Below, piece after piece: positions 26,336-38,918 of a stretch of 57,611 nucleotides of DNA. The stretch comes from Octopus bimaculoides. Lineage: Eukaryota. Location of the stretch: positions 28,443,289 to 28,500,899 of the forward strand of contig NC_069005.1 in assembly GCF_001194135.2 (NCBI RefSeq), in the 5' to 3' direction. How positions within the stretch are numbered: the first letter of the stretch is position 1; the number at the start of each line of letters is the position of its first letter. A program made the translations under genes and the position numbers. The notes beneath the pieces are model-generated. The model was not told where the DNA came from and made no database searches. It saw nothing but the letters and a program-made list of their open reading frames with translations.

Positions 26336-26819
26336 TAGTACAACTACTACTACTAATATTATCAGTAAGTTAGTAACAACATTAGCAACATACTAAAATA
26401 CAGATAGACAAGCAATCTGTGAAAGGGTGGGGGGAACAGCAATCAGTTAGGGGTACGATGCTGTGGTTGATGCAAAACTACACACACACACAAAAACAAA
26501 TGCACAATACTCATACATACACACGCACTATTTATAAACAACCATCTCCATGGTTACTTACATGGAGACAATAGAATGTTGGATAAGATAAGATAAGATC
26601 AGAGATGTGTAACCCTACAGCATTCAGATTACTGTGTTAAATATAATGCTTATTTAACAATGGCCTGGATTAATCATGCATTATCTCATAGCTTCTGAGA
26701 TTTCAATGATGGGATTGTTTATTTTTAGAATGACATTGTTGGGTAGGTGTGAGAAGCTGGATCTGGTTGGTTTGACTGTAAAAAAAGTAAAATATCTGGG
26801 TCTGATATGGTTGGCTGAA

Positions 26820-27250
26820 ATGGAAGGGGTAGACCCAGGAAGACGCGAGACGAAGGGGTGAGAAAGAATCTTTGGATGATAGGCCTCACTAAGGAAGTAA
26901 CAAGAGACCGGGAGATGTGGCAATTTGCTGTATTTGATAAGACAGGTCAAGCTAAGTATAATGGCTGTCTACCACACATAAAGGTTTGTCCTTTCAGGTG
27001 CCGGTGCCACCTAAAAAGCCTCTGTGCCACTGCTGCATTAACACACCCATGACAGTGGCACATAAAAAAGCACCCAGCACATTCTGCTAAGTGGTTGGCA
27101 TTAGGATGGGCATCCAAACCCAACCACAGAAGCCATGCCACAACAGACAGCTGGAGTCTGGACAGCTCCCTGCTAGCCAGCTCTTTGTCAAACCGTCCAA
27201 GCCATACCAGCATGGAGAGTGGACATTAAACGACAGTGATGATGATGATT
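26820..27250 (+). mobile_element. RTE-type LINE 3' end (ORF C-terminus, 3' UTR, (GAT)n tail)
   Basis: GRGRPRKTRDEGVRKNLWMIGLTKEVTRDREMWQFAVFDKTGQAK* resembles the RTE C-terminal GRPxKTW...DRxxW motif; UTR ends ...TTAAACGA(CAGT)GATGATGAT. Confidence 0.75.
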
Positions 27251-28041
27251 AAAAGGGGACCCCCTTTGGTCATGACTGGTCATGGGATTGCACCTAGAAA
27301 GTTCCCCTCTGAGGCACAAGCCCAGGCAAGGTTGTTTGAGGAAGACCAGAAGTCACCTATGCATACCAGCCTCTCCTCTCCACGCCACCAATGTTACCCA
27401 AGGGAAAGGCCAAGGGGCCGATACAGCTTGGCACCAGTGATGTCGCAACTCATTTCTACAGCTGAGTGAACTGGAGCAATGTGAAATAAAGTGTCTTGCT
27501 CAAGAGCACAACAATACAAGCACACACATAACTGTTGCCATAAGAAGGTTAACAAGTGACAAAAAAAAAAACACATGCAATCAATACATCAATGGATGAA
27601 GGTTCAGATAAATAATTAAGTTTGTTAATTAGGTTGGTAGAGGTGGGGAACATCCTTCATCATATCATATCATATATATCTCACTCGCTCCACCTTCCAT
27701 TCTTCCTTGTTCACTTTAAGGCTAAAACAGTGGTGCCAAAAAAAAAAAAAGATAAAAAACGTGATTAAATCAGATATGTAAAAAAACAAAAAAAAAACAG
27801 GTGTTGACAGACTAGCAGCAAGCAGAACTATAAACATCATCATCATCATAATAATAATAATCGTCTTCATGTTCATCATCAAATGATATTTATGCAATGG
27901 CAAACTACAACAAGTGCTGTGGGATTGACACAGAGGAACAAAATAGTGGTGGTAGTAGTAGTAGTAGTAGCAGTGGCGGTCAAGGTAATAGCAACAACAG
28001 CAACAACTTAAATAATAATAATAATAACAATAATAACAATA

Positions 28042-29180
28042 ATCCTTTCTAGTATAGGCACAAGGCCTGAAATTTTAGGGAGGGGGTGCTAGTTGATTAC
28101 ATCAACCGCAGTGCATAACTGGTACTCATTTCAATGACCCCCTCTCCACTCCCCAAAAGGATGAAAGGCAAAGTCAAACCCAGAGGGAATTTGAACTCCT
28201 AACATAAAGGCGGGGGTGAAATGCTGTTATGCATTTAAGCCCAGCGTGCCAACGATTCTGGAAGCTTGCTGCCTTAAATAGGCGGTGCTCCAGCATGGCC
28301 GCAGTCAAATGGCTGAAACAAGTAAAAGAGTAATCCTTTCTATTATAAGCACAAGGCCTGACATTTTTTTGGGCGGGAGACTAGTCAATTACATCGACCC
28401 CAATATTTCACTAGTTACTTAATTTATTGACCCTGAAAGGACAAAAGGCAAAGTCGACCTCGGCGGAATTTGAACTCAGAACGTCAGGATGGATGAAACA
28501 CCGTTAAGCATTTTGCCTGGCGTACTGACGATTCTGTCGGCTCACCATCTTAGTAATAAGAATCGTTTCTACCATTGGCACAAGGCCTGAAATTTTGTGG
28601 GACGGGGTCAGTCAGTTATATCAACCCCCAGAGCTCAACTGGTGCTAATTTCTTCGACCCCGAAAGGATGAAGGGCAAAGTTGAACTCAGCATGCAAAGA
28701 GGGACGAAATGCCACTAACCATTCTGCCAGCTTACCGCCTTGATGATAATAATAATAATAATAATAATTCTTTCTTAATAAAGGCACAAGGCCTGAAATT
28801 TTGTGGGGAGGGGGGACTAGTCGATTACATCAACCCCAGTGTTTTTCACTGGTACTTAATTTATCAACCCTGAAAGGATGAAAGGCAAAGTCAACCTCGG
28901 CAGAATCTGAATTCAGAATGTAAAGATGGATGGATATGCCGCTAAGTATTCTGTCCGGCATGCTAATGATTCTGCCAACTCACAACCTTAATAATAAATA
29001 ATAAATAATGATAATGATAATAATAAAGATAATGATGATATTGATAATAATGATGATGATAATCCTTTCTACTCTAGGCACAAGGCTTGAAATTTTCCAT
29101 TTCCATCAACCCCTAACGTTCAACTGGTACTTATTTCATCGACCCTGAAAGGATTAGACGGCAAAGTCTACCACGGTGGA
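28042..29180 (-). mobile_element. Head-to-tail array of about 5 family A SINEs
   Basis: Units begin AAT(C)CTTTCTA...GGCACAAGGC and are separated by (AAT)n. Confidence 0.88.
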
Positions 29181-29442
29181 ATAATAATACTAATTATGAT
29201 CAATACAAGGTTTATTAAAAAAAAAAAATGATTTCTAAGATACAAAGCCACAATAAATAAATAGTACTAATAATAAAGATAGCAATAATATTAATAAACA
29301 CAATAATAATAATAATAATAATAATGATGATGATAAAACAAAAGAGAGAGAGAGAGAAAAGAAAAGAAAACAACCCATGAATTCTGCCAAGGCATGCAGC
29401 AATAAAAGAATGGTGTCAGGCAGATAGAGTGACAAGAGGTAC

Positions 29443-29508
29443 CTGTTCCTCTCCTGTGTGAATATTTGATACTGACTGGGCAGTGGGCAGATCATCTTTA
29501 CCTTTGGT
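29443..29508 (-). CDS. Git: Candidate 66-nt exon (0->0): TKGKDDLPTAQSVSNIHTGEEQ
   Basis: Pyrimidine tract plus ttatag acceptor, CAG|gtacct donor, open in phase 0, fits between the flanking phase-0 exons. Confidence 0.55.
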
Positions 29509-30232
29509 CTATAATAAGCAAGAAACAATCAGAGAAAACTGTGTACATAGGATGTTGTTGAGGGTAGTGATGGTGATGATGATTGGAGTTCATGATGATG
29601 AAGGGAGAGATAGTGATGATGATGGTGGTGGTATAGTTTGAGGGAGGGGCAGGTCAGTTACATTGTCCCCAGTAATATAGTATATTAGAAGACTATCCCT
29701 GCAATAGGTGAAAATCCGTCAAGTATAAACAGTACTGTATAATTTTAAAATTATTTTTATAATTTGCATATATTTATTTTATTATAGATGCAAAACAACA
29801 CCACGGAGGAATCGACAGAAGCTTAAATAATAAACTACGGTATGGCAAGGGATTACTNNNNNNNNNNNNNNNNNNNNNNNNNNNNNNNNNNNNNNNNNNN
29901 NNNNNNNNNNNNNNNNNNNNNNNNNNNNNNNNNNNNNNNNNNNNNNNNNNNNNNNNNNNNNNNNNNNNNNNNNNNNNNNNNNNNNNNNNNNNNNNNNNNN
30001 NNNNNNNNNNNNNNNNNNNNNNNNNNNNNNNNNNNNNNNNNNNNNNNNNNNNNNNNNNNNNNNNNNNNNNNNNNNNNNNNNNNNNNNNNNNNNNNNNNNN
30101 NNNNNNNNNNNNNNNNNNNNNNNNNNNNNNNNNNNNNNNNNNNNNNNNNNNNNNNNNNNNNNNNNNNNNNNNNNNNNNNNNNNNNNNNNNNNNNNNNNNN
30201 NNNNNNNNNNNNNNNNNNNNNNNNNNNNNNNN

Positions 30233-30936
30233 TTGTCCACGAGCAATCTGGAACTGTTTGAAGCCGATGAAGAGAATTTTCTTGCTCGTTTCATTACTAT
30301 GGACGAAAGTTGGGTCCATCACTACCAGCCTGAAACCAAAGAACAATCAAAGCAGTGGAAGCACACATCTTCTCCTACCCCAAAGAAGGCTGGGGTCATT
30401 CTTTCAGCTGGCAAGGTCATGGCGTCAGTTTTTTTGGATTCTCAAGGTGTCTTGCTGATCAATTACCTTGAAAAGGGTCACACCGTGACAGTGCTGTATT
30501 ATTCTCAGCTACTGAAATGCCTCCGAGAACCAATCAAAGAAAAAAGGTCGGAAATGCTCACCAGGGGAGTCCTTTTTTATCACGACAATGCTCCAGCCCA
30601 CACCTCAGTGGTTGCCATGGCAACAATTCATAATTGTGGATACGAACTTGTTCCCCATCCACCTTATTCACCAAACTTAGCCTCCTCTGACTTTTATCTA
30701 TTCCCAAAAATGAAAAAAGCCCTGGCTGGTCACCATTTTGCCAGTGACAATGACGTCATAGATGCTGTAGGAAGTTTCTTGGAGTCTCAAACAAAAGAGT
30801 TCCTCTACACCGGAATAATGGCGTTTCAATACCACTGGAGAAAGTGTTCAGCCATCGAGGGGGACTATGTTGAAATATAATTCATCAGAAGTCTTGTACC
30901 AGGTTTTGGTTTTTTGAAGCTCAAGACTTTTCATAC
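30233..30936 (+). mobile_element. Mariner (DD34D) transposon, 3' part: 215 open codons of transposase (30233-30880) plus probable right TIR; 5' part in gap 29858-30232
   Basis: ITMDESWVH, HDNAPAH and YSPNLASSDFYLFP motifs, exactly 34 residues between the second and third Asp; ends ...CAAGACTTTTCATACAC in a (CA)n tract. Confidence 0.93.
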
Positions 30937-32050
30937 ACACACACACACACACACAATATACATACATATATATATAAAACAAATAATAAATGAGTATATG
31001 CATATATACGTACAAGTATGTGCATACCTGCATCTACCTGTATATATAGGTGTATATCTGGGTACAGGACATTGCAAACAAAACGTAGACAAAAAAATAA
31101 TGATAACCAGAGTACAGAAAACACACAGGCCACATAGAGAACATTTTCCTTCATCAGCTGCCCCCATTCTAACACAGGCGTTTCGAATATATACACACAC
31201 ACACACACATACATATATGTATATATACATACTTATACATACATACACGTAAGGTTAGAATAAAACCCACAAGTCTTGTTAATTACAGCTAATCTGGGTT
31301 TTGTGGCCAAAACATTTATTTCGCCATTTTTCAAGCTGAGGAGACAGCAGCCTGGCAGTTGATTTAAAGCAGATAAAGTTTAAGCTACAGAACGTTCATA
31401 AGAAAGATGAACAAATGAGAAACACAGGGGAGATAACCAACGGTATTTATGGAGGGAGGGAAGGAGAGGAAAAAAAAAGTAGGTTGGGAAAAGGTGGGAA
31501 ACATGATAAAAGGTGATGAAGAGGAAGAAGTTGTGGAAGATGATAATGACTGTAAGGTGTATACATACTGCTATCAGTACTGTGAAAATATATACACACA
31601 CACACACACACAAAAAAAAAAAATTAAAAAATACATTGTCATTCTTTTCTGTCCCTCTGATACAATATAGCCTCACACCCTTCACACCCCGACAGTAACA
31701 AACACATATAACACCCATATACTACCAATGACACATCTTTACACACACACACACCATCATCACCAAATGCACATGCTATCACACACACCTTCATGATCAC
31801 CAAACACACACACATCATCATCAAATGCACTCCCCACCATATACACACCTCATCATCACCACCAAACGCACATGCTATCAAAAACACACACACCGTCAAA
31901 TATACACGCACACAGTCAAACACATGCACACATGCCAAATACACACGCACACTGTCAAATACACACACAGTCAAACACATACCATCAAATATACACACAC
32001 ACACCAACCATCAAATATGCGCGCGCGCCTGCGCATTGTCGAGAACTTAC

Positions 32051-32100
32051 CATCTTATGCTCGGCCTGTCTCTGGTAATTTCGGGGTTCAAACATCGATC
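32051..32100 (-). CDS. Git: GIT exon, 5' part lost in gap 32101-32707: ...SMFEPRNYQRQAEHKM
   Basis: SMFE resembles the GIT RPMSMYE motif; donor ATG|gtaagt in phase 0. Confidence 0.75.
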
Positions 32101-32748
32101 NNNNNNNNNNNNNNNNNNNNNNNNNNNNNNNNNNNNNNNNNNNNNNNNNNNNNNNNNNNNNNNNNNNNNNNNNNNNNNNNNNNNNNNNNNNNNNNNNNNN
32201 NNNNNNNNNNNNNNNNNNNNNNNNNNNNNNNNNNNNNNNNNNNNNNNNNNNNNNNNNNNNNNNNNNNNNNNNNNNNNNNNNNNNNNNNNNNNNNNNNNNN
32301 NNNNNNNNNNNNNNNNNNNNNNNNNNNNNNNNNNNNNNNNNNNNNNNNNNNNNNNNNNNNNNNNNNNNNNNNNNNNNNNNNNNNNNNNNNNNNNNNNNNN
32401 NNNNNNNNNNNNNNNNNNNNNNNNNNNNNNNNNNNNNNNNNNNNNNNNNNNNNNNNNNNNNNNNNNNNNNNNNNNNNNNNNNNNNNNNNNNNNNNNNNNN
32501 NNNNNNNNNNNNNNNNNNNNNNNNNNNNNNNNNNNNNNNNNNNNNNNNNNNNNNNNNNNNNNNNNNNNNNNNNNNNNNNNNNNNNNNNNNNNNNNNNNNN
32601 NNNNNNNNNNNNNNNNNNNNNNNNNNNNNNNNNNNNNNNNNNNNNNNNNNNNNNNNNNNNNNNNNNNNNNNNNNNNNNNNNNNNNNNNNNNNNNNNNNNN
32701 NNNNNNNTTGTTTCTGCAGTGAGCATCATATACTGGAAGACAACTTAC

Positions 32749-32898
32749 CAACGTCTTCAGACGATTCACCTCGGTGATAAGATCACTCTGAGTCTGCAAA
32801 AGCTGTTGAACTCGGCACTCGGAATTGGCCAGAGATTTCTTCATTTCCAGAAAATCTTCCGTAGACACTGGACCTTCTACCTGTTCTGATGTCATGCT
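32749..32898 (-). CDS. Git: GIT exon (150 nt, 0->0): coiled coil, SMTSEQVEGPVSTEDFLEMKKSLANSECRVQQLLQTQSDLITEVNRLKTL
   Basis: tcgcag|AGC...TTG|gtaagt; matches GIT GPVTVQEFMEVKNALVASEAKIQQL. Confidence 0.94.
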
Positions 32899-33279
32899 CT
32901 GCGAACAAGAAGTGGAGGACACAGAGTAGAGCAAGTGGCACGACAAAAATAAATCACATACACAAAAATAACAATCTAGAACCTTCAGCATATTGTTTTG
33001 AAAATAGGGTACCCATGTGTCTTTTATGCTATCAACTACGGTAATTAGTTATATCAATGGCCATTGAGAATTTGGCACCATTTTAGGGGCAGATATGGCT
33101 TGCTTACCAACCACATGGTTCTGGGTTCATTCCCACTGCTTGGCACCTTGGGCAAGAGTCTTCTACTATAGCCTCGGGCTGACCAAAGCCTTGAGAGTTG
33201 ATTTGGTAGGTGGAAACTGAAAGAAGCCAGTCGTGTGTGTGTATGTGTCTATATACGTACATACATACATAAATAAATA

Positions 33280-33496
33280 CAGTAATCCCTCAACTACTAC
33301 AGGTGTTACATTCCAAAACCCCAACGATAGGTGAAAATCCACAAAGTAGAAACAGCACTGTACATTTTTTATAATTATCTTTATAATTTGTATGTATTTA
33401 TTTTATTATAAATGCAAAACAACACCATGGAGGAATCGATGTAAGCTTAAATAATAAACCGCAATAGGTGAACTATGATATGGCGAGACATTACCG
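33280..33496. mobile_element. pogo/Tigger-type MITE (second copy at 29670-29857, cut by the gap)
   Basis: TA-CAGTAATCCC...CATTACCG-TA termini; internal sequence shared with 29670-29857. Confidence 0.7.
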
Positions 33497-33995
33497 TATA
33501 TATATACACACACAACTCTTCATAACTAATTTGATAAGTGATAACATATGAGATTCTTGGCCCTTGAATAACTTTATTTCTTCAAGTTCTATTTACCCTG
33601 CTTGCATGACCAAAACCTGTGTGTGTGTTTATGTCACTATAACTTAGCAGTTCAGCCTAAGAGACCGATAGAATAAGTACCAGACTTTAAAAAAAAAACA
33701 AAAAAACAAACAAAGTATTGAAGTTCAACTAACATTCTTCAAGGCAGTGGCCAATCATGGCCACAGTCTAATGACTGAAACAGGTAAAACAAAAACATTT
33801 ATTATATCAATCAATCAATCACAAAATTATAATACCATGCTCGTTATCATAATACTTAGCACCATCACCAGCATTGTTATTAATCACCTGTACGTTTGAG
33901 AGGAGTTCTTACATTAAGCATAACATTATAAATACCATCAAGTGTCTCAAAACTGTATCTATTTCACTTTACCAACAGTATCTGCATTATCTGTC

Positions 33996-34033
<38 letters not shown>

Positions 34034-34461
34034 AACAATCCTTTGATTGCACTGAACTCACAACAGTTACTTCCACCAAAGCTATTGAATATTAGAATAT
34101 ATATATATATATATATATATTCATATACACTATAAGTAGGGTTCTGAGATTCAACAGCTCTGCTCAGTGCCCCGTTTCTCATGGACTGGAAGTAAAGGTT
34201 TTGAGTTCAAATTGAACATAGAGTGTGTGTGTGTGTTTGAGATCATATTTTGAAAGCAATAAAAAATTTAGAAATAAATCTTTTTATGAAGCTGCTCAAA
34301 GGATTTGAACAACATGGTGTGTGTGTGTGTGTGTGTGTGTGTGAGAAAGAGAGAGAGAGAGAGAGACTAAACTGTATGCTGCATTAATATACATCTTATG
34401 CGTGGTTTGAGAGTTTAACACAATGTACTATANNNNNNNNNNTTACATGCACATTAACAAA

Positions 34462-34480
34462 TTATTATTATTATTATTAT

Positions 34481-34522
<42 letters not shown>

Positions 34523-34680
34523 CAGCAGCAGCAGCAGCATTATCATCATCATCAACAACAACGGCAATAGTAGTAGTAATAGCATTAACAACAGTAGTAC
34601 TGCAATCAGTAGTAGTACTTGGAGTAGTAGTAGTAGTAGTAGTAATAGTAATACTATTAGTAGTTGCAAGGGTACTAGCA
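34462..34680. repeat. Compound trinucleotide microsatellite (TTA)(GTA)(GCA)(TCA)(ACA)
   Basis: Direct inspection. Confidence 0.95.
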
Positions 34681-34829
34681 GCAAAGATGAAGCTTTGGAT
34701 TTGATGGATAAGGGGAGGAATTTGCAATATCTCAAGTCTGCAGAGAAAGAAAGAAACAAACAAAAACTACTGGAATTCTTGAGGTACGCCAGACTTGCAG
34801 ATCATTCACTCACATCTACTGTCACCTGT

Positions 34830-35305
34830 TTAACTCTTTCGATACCAACCCGGTTGAAACCGCTTCTGGCTCTGTAGTACAAATGTCTCCTTTTCATAAG
34901 TTTTGAATTACAATCTTCCACTAAACCTTTGTCACAATTTATGTTCCTAACACTAGTTTAATGATAACTAGGTTGTTTTACTAAATTCTTTGTTGTATTT
35001 AAAATTAATTGAAAGAAACACAGAGCATCTCAACAGAAATACAGTAACAAAAGGGTTAGCATCACCATGATATTTTTAACCCTTTTGATACCAACTCAAC
35101 TGAAATCAGCTCTGGTTCTGTCGTACAAATTCTTGTTTTCAAAAGTTTTGAATTAAAATCTTCCACCAGACCTTAGTCACAATTTATGTTCCTAACACCT
35201 GCTTAAATGATAACTAAGTTATTTTACTAAATTCTTTGTTGTATTTAAAATTAATTGAAAGAAACACAGAGCATCTCAACAGAAGTACGGTAACGAAAGG
35301 GTTAA
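34830..35305. mobile_element. Two adjacent copies of an approx. 225-bp piggyBac-type MITE (34830-35059, 35076-35305)
   Basis: TTAA-C(T/C)CTTT...AAAGGG-TTA(G/A) ends; the two bodies align along their length. Confidence 0.75.
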
Positions 35306-36123
35306 TCTTTAGAAACGAGTGTAACTTTACGCACACACACATACACACTGGGAGACTGGTGTCATTACGCACTCAATACTGGAGTAAAAGCACAAATACA
35401 CATAGAAATGATCAGAGTAAGGACAAATATATGAACATGTAAGTAATATACAATCAAACTGAGGAGAGACACATTTCCCTGTATTGAATTCGTAATATCA
35501 GCATATGTGTGGCTGTGGTAAGAAGTTTTGCTTCCCAACCACACGATTTTGGGTTCAGTCCCACTGCGTGGCACCTTGGGCAAGTTTCTTCTACTATAGC
35601 CTTGGGCTGACAAAAGCTTGATCAAATGGAATGGCTCAATCTCTCCCTTGACAAATCCAGACAAGTCTTATTGTCTTTAAAAGAAAAGCGGGTACCACAA
35701 AAGTCTACTTATTATTTCCTGGAATTTTGGTTCCAACATGAAGACAAAGAACATGAAAATAGCATCTAGACATTGACTGAAGTTCAATATAGATGAGTGA
35801 CAGACTGGACATCCAAGGCAGTTTGGGACAAAAAAAAAAATAACAGAAACAACAATGACAACAAAAACAAAAACAACAGTAACAGCAGCTGTAGCAGCAA
35901 TAATGACAGTATGGCTCACTTAAAGAAACTGTTGGTCGGGTCTATAACACAGCAAGGGTATTGTAAAACAGTAGTAGTAATAGCAGAATTCATATTTAAC
36001 TATTGTCCCCATCTGTCAATCACACAAAACTATCTGGTCTAGAAAATAGTGGGGGTGATATATCTACAGCATCTCTTTCTCTCACCTTATGCGTATGTAT
36101 GTACATATATATATAAACATATA

Positions 36124-36497
36124 GGTGCAGGCGTAGCTGTGTGGTAAGATGCTTGCTTCCCAACCACATGATTCTGGGTTCAGTTCCACTGCGTAACACC
36201 TTGGCAAGTGTCTCCTCTATAGCCTCAGGCCAACCAAAGCCTTGTGAGTGGATTTGGTAGATGGAAACTGAAAGAAGCCTGTCACATGTATGTATGTATT
36301 AGTGTGTCTGTGTTTGTCCCCACCATCGCTTGACAATTGATGTTGATGTGTTTACATCCCTGCAATTTAGCGGTTTGGCAAAAGAGACCAATAGATGGAG
36401 TACTAGGCTTACAAAGAATAAATCCTGGGGTTGATTTGTTTGACTAAAGGCGGTGCTCCAGCATGGCCATAGTCAAATGACTGAAACAAGTAAAAGA
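36124..36497 (+). mobile_element. SINE family B, near full length (others at about 7425-7580, 11130-11420, 11660-12000, 33100-33240, 35500-35620, 40395-40590, 44030-44305, 52680-52860, 54490-54630)
   Basis: GCTGTGTGGTAAGA head, GGTTCAGTCCCACTG B-box-like motif, conserved tail ...AGTCAAATGACTGAAACAAGTAAAAGA. Confidence 0.85.
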
Positions 36498-36574
<77 letters not shown>

Positions 36575-36812
36575 NNNNNNNNNNNNNNNNNNNNNNNNNN
36601 NNNNNNNNNNNNNNNNNNNNNNNNNNNNNNNNNNNNNNNNNNNNNNNNNNNNNNNNNNNNNNNNNNNNNNNNNNNNNNNNNNNNNNNNNNNNNNNNNNNN
36701 NNNNNNNNNNNNNNNNNNNNNNNNNNNNNNNNNNNNNNNNNNNNNNNNNNNNNNNNNNNNNNNNNNNNNNNNNNNNNNNNNNNNNNNNNNNNNNNNNNNN
36801 NNNNNNNNNNNN

Positions 36813-36846
<34 letters not shown>

Positions 36847-38864
36847 TAACATAAAAGCACTTGTGCGGTGCCACGTAAAAGCACCCATGCAGTGCCACAG
36901 AGAAGCACCCAGCACACATTTTGTAAAGTGGTTGGCGTTAGGAAGAACATCCAGTTGTAAGAAACCATGCCAAATCAGACTGGAGTCTGGTGCAGCTCCC
37001 ACCTTGCCAGCCCTGGTCAAAGCCATCCAACCCATGCCAGCATGGACAACAGATATTAAACAATGACTAATGTATGCATGTATATTGATCTGGTTCGGGG
37101 TCAATCGCTTGCTACTCTGACCTTCAACTGTGGATGCAAATTACAACTTGAGAGAGAGAGAGAGAATGTAAATGCACATACACACAGCTACATGTTCAAA
37201 GCTAATGATTTAGTCCATTTCTACACAGAGGTCCTGGGTATGTGAAATGTTTCAGGTGATATGAAGACGGAAGTGACCCAAGGGATTCCAGAAAGCAATC
37301 AACTCATAGTAGTGATAAAGTGAATAAATGAAATTCCACTGCAGGTATTCAGAACTCTTTCATTTATAAATACATACAGGACTACTATCCATTTCTAATA
37401 TAAAAAGGGGGGGGGGTATTCGATATGTTCGTTTTCGTATGCTGAAACAAAATCCATGAGAGAGAGTGAAAGGGAGAGATATTAAAAGAGAAAGTAAACA
37501 AAAAATTAGATTAGAAAATGAGCAAAAGAAAGAGAATGAAAGAGGGAAAAGAGGAATGAAAGAGAAAAAGGAAAGAGAGGAAAAGAAAGAGAAAGATCTT
37601 ACTAAAACATGTCAACCATTATTTGTCCAGAAAGAAGTAGGAAGAATGAAAGGGACAGACTGACACACAATGTGAGCCTGTCTTTCACATTCCCTTGCAT
37701 TTTCCGTGGCTTAGTGGAGGGAGTAACCGACCATTTGGACAAGAAGGTCACCAAAACCTGGTTGAGACGAGGCATGGACAATATTTTTTGAGAAGTGAGT
37801 CACATGAGACATGGCTCATTATCAGACACGCGGCACTACTGAAACTTTCATGGTTAATTTCCTGTTAGGCATGCCATTCAGAAAGTCCGACAAGCCACAG
37901 ACGTTCAATGATTGGTTTAGGCAAAAATGAAGAATAAGATTTTACAAAATTAAATGTGGAAGTAAACTCGAGAGATGATAGGGAGAGATGAATGAAAGAA
38001 ATTTTTAAAGATGAACAAAAACTAATGATTACACTGCGTAACAAAATTTTATTTATTTTTTGGTCTTGTCTTTGGTCAGTAAGTGTTATTTCCTATTTGT
38101 TTCCATCTAGAAATCAAAGGAAATCACTACTATTCCGTTCAGATTCTTGTAACCCTGACAGCAATATTTTGGAACTAAACTATTTTCCATTACATTTCAG
38201 ACAGATTCAGTGCTGAGTTGTTGAGGCAGAAATATCGTTATAGCAAATATTCCGCTCAATACCACAGATTTGCCTGTCAACTGGTTGACCTTAACCACTT
38301 GAGCATGGCCCTTAGTGGCTGACAATATGTGCATCTCTGATGATGAGCAGGAGTAGTAGGGAGCATTATAATCATGTGTTGAGAGGGAGTCTTTGGGGTT
38401 TAAAGCAATGGTTGGAAGGAAATATTAGCCCTTTTTTATACTTTCTATAGGTAAGCAAATAGAAAATAACAGTTACTACCCAAGGACAAAAGCCATGTTA
38501 CACAGTGTTATTAAAAATCCCAACATCTCTCCCCTGATCAAAAACTAAAGAAAATATTTTGAAAAACAAATTTCAAGACATAAAAGGGGTGAGGGGAGAG
38601 AAAGAGAGGAAGAAGATGAAGAAAGAGAACAAGATGGAGAGGGTAGGTGGTTAAAAGAGCAAGAAAGACTAAACAAGTTGAAGGGAGAGAGATAGAGTAA
38701 GCAAAGAAAGACAGGGAGAATAGGCAGAGGGAGTAAGCAAATGAAGAGAGGAGAGAAGGCAGATAAGAGAGAGATAGGCTGTATGTGTGTGTTAGCAAGA
38801 AGCGGCCATGCACAGCATTGCACAGACACACATTCGCACGTACGGAAACCTGTACACATCTCAC

Positions 38865-38918
38865 CTCCGTAAACGACACAATTGAAGTAGGGGTCATTTC
38901 ACGACGAATGATCCGAGA
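38865..38918 (-). CDS. Git: Candidate 54-nt exon (0->0): SRIIRREMTPTSIVSFTE
   Basis: ttctcag acceptor, GAG|gtgaga donor, in frame with both flanking exons, compositionally distinct from the surrounding intron; no homology recalled. Confidence 0.55.

Noticed and set aside
31120-31195. Permuted hammerhead (GAAACGCC ... CUGAUGA on the minus strand)
   Set aside because: Core halves are present but stems I and II cannot be formed
34600-34737. Very strong acceptor (tttctttctctgcag) at 34738
   Set aside because: Phase-0 entry gives ACT TGA, no good donor exists, and it runs into a trinucleotide repeat; a poison exon is possible but unsupported
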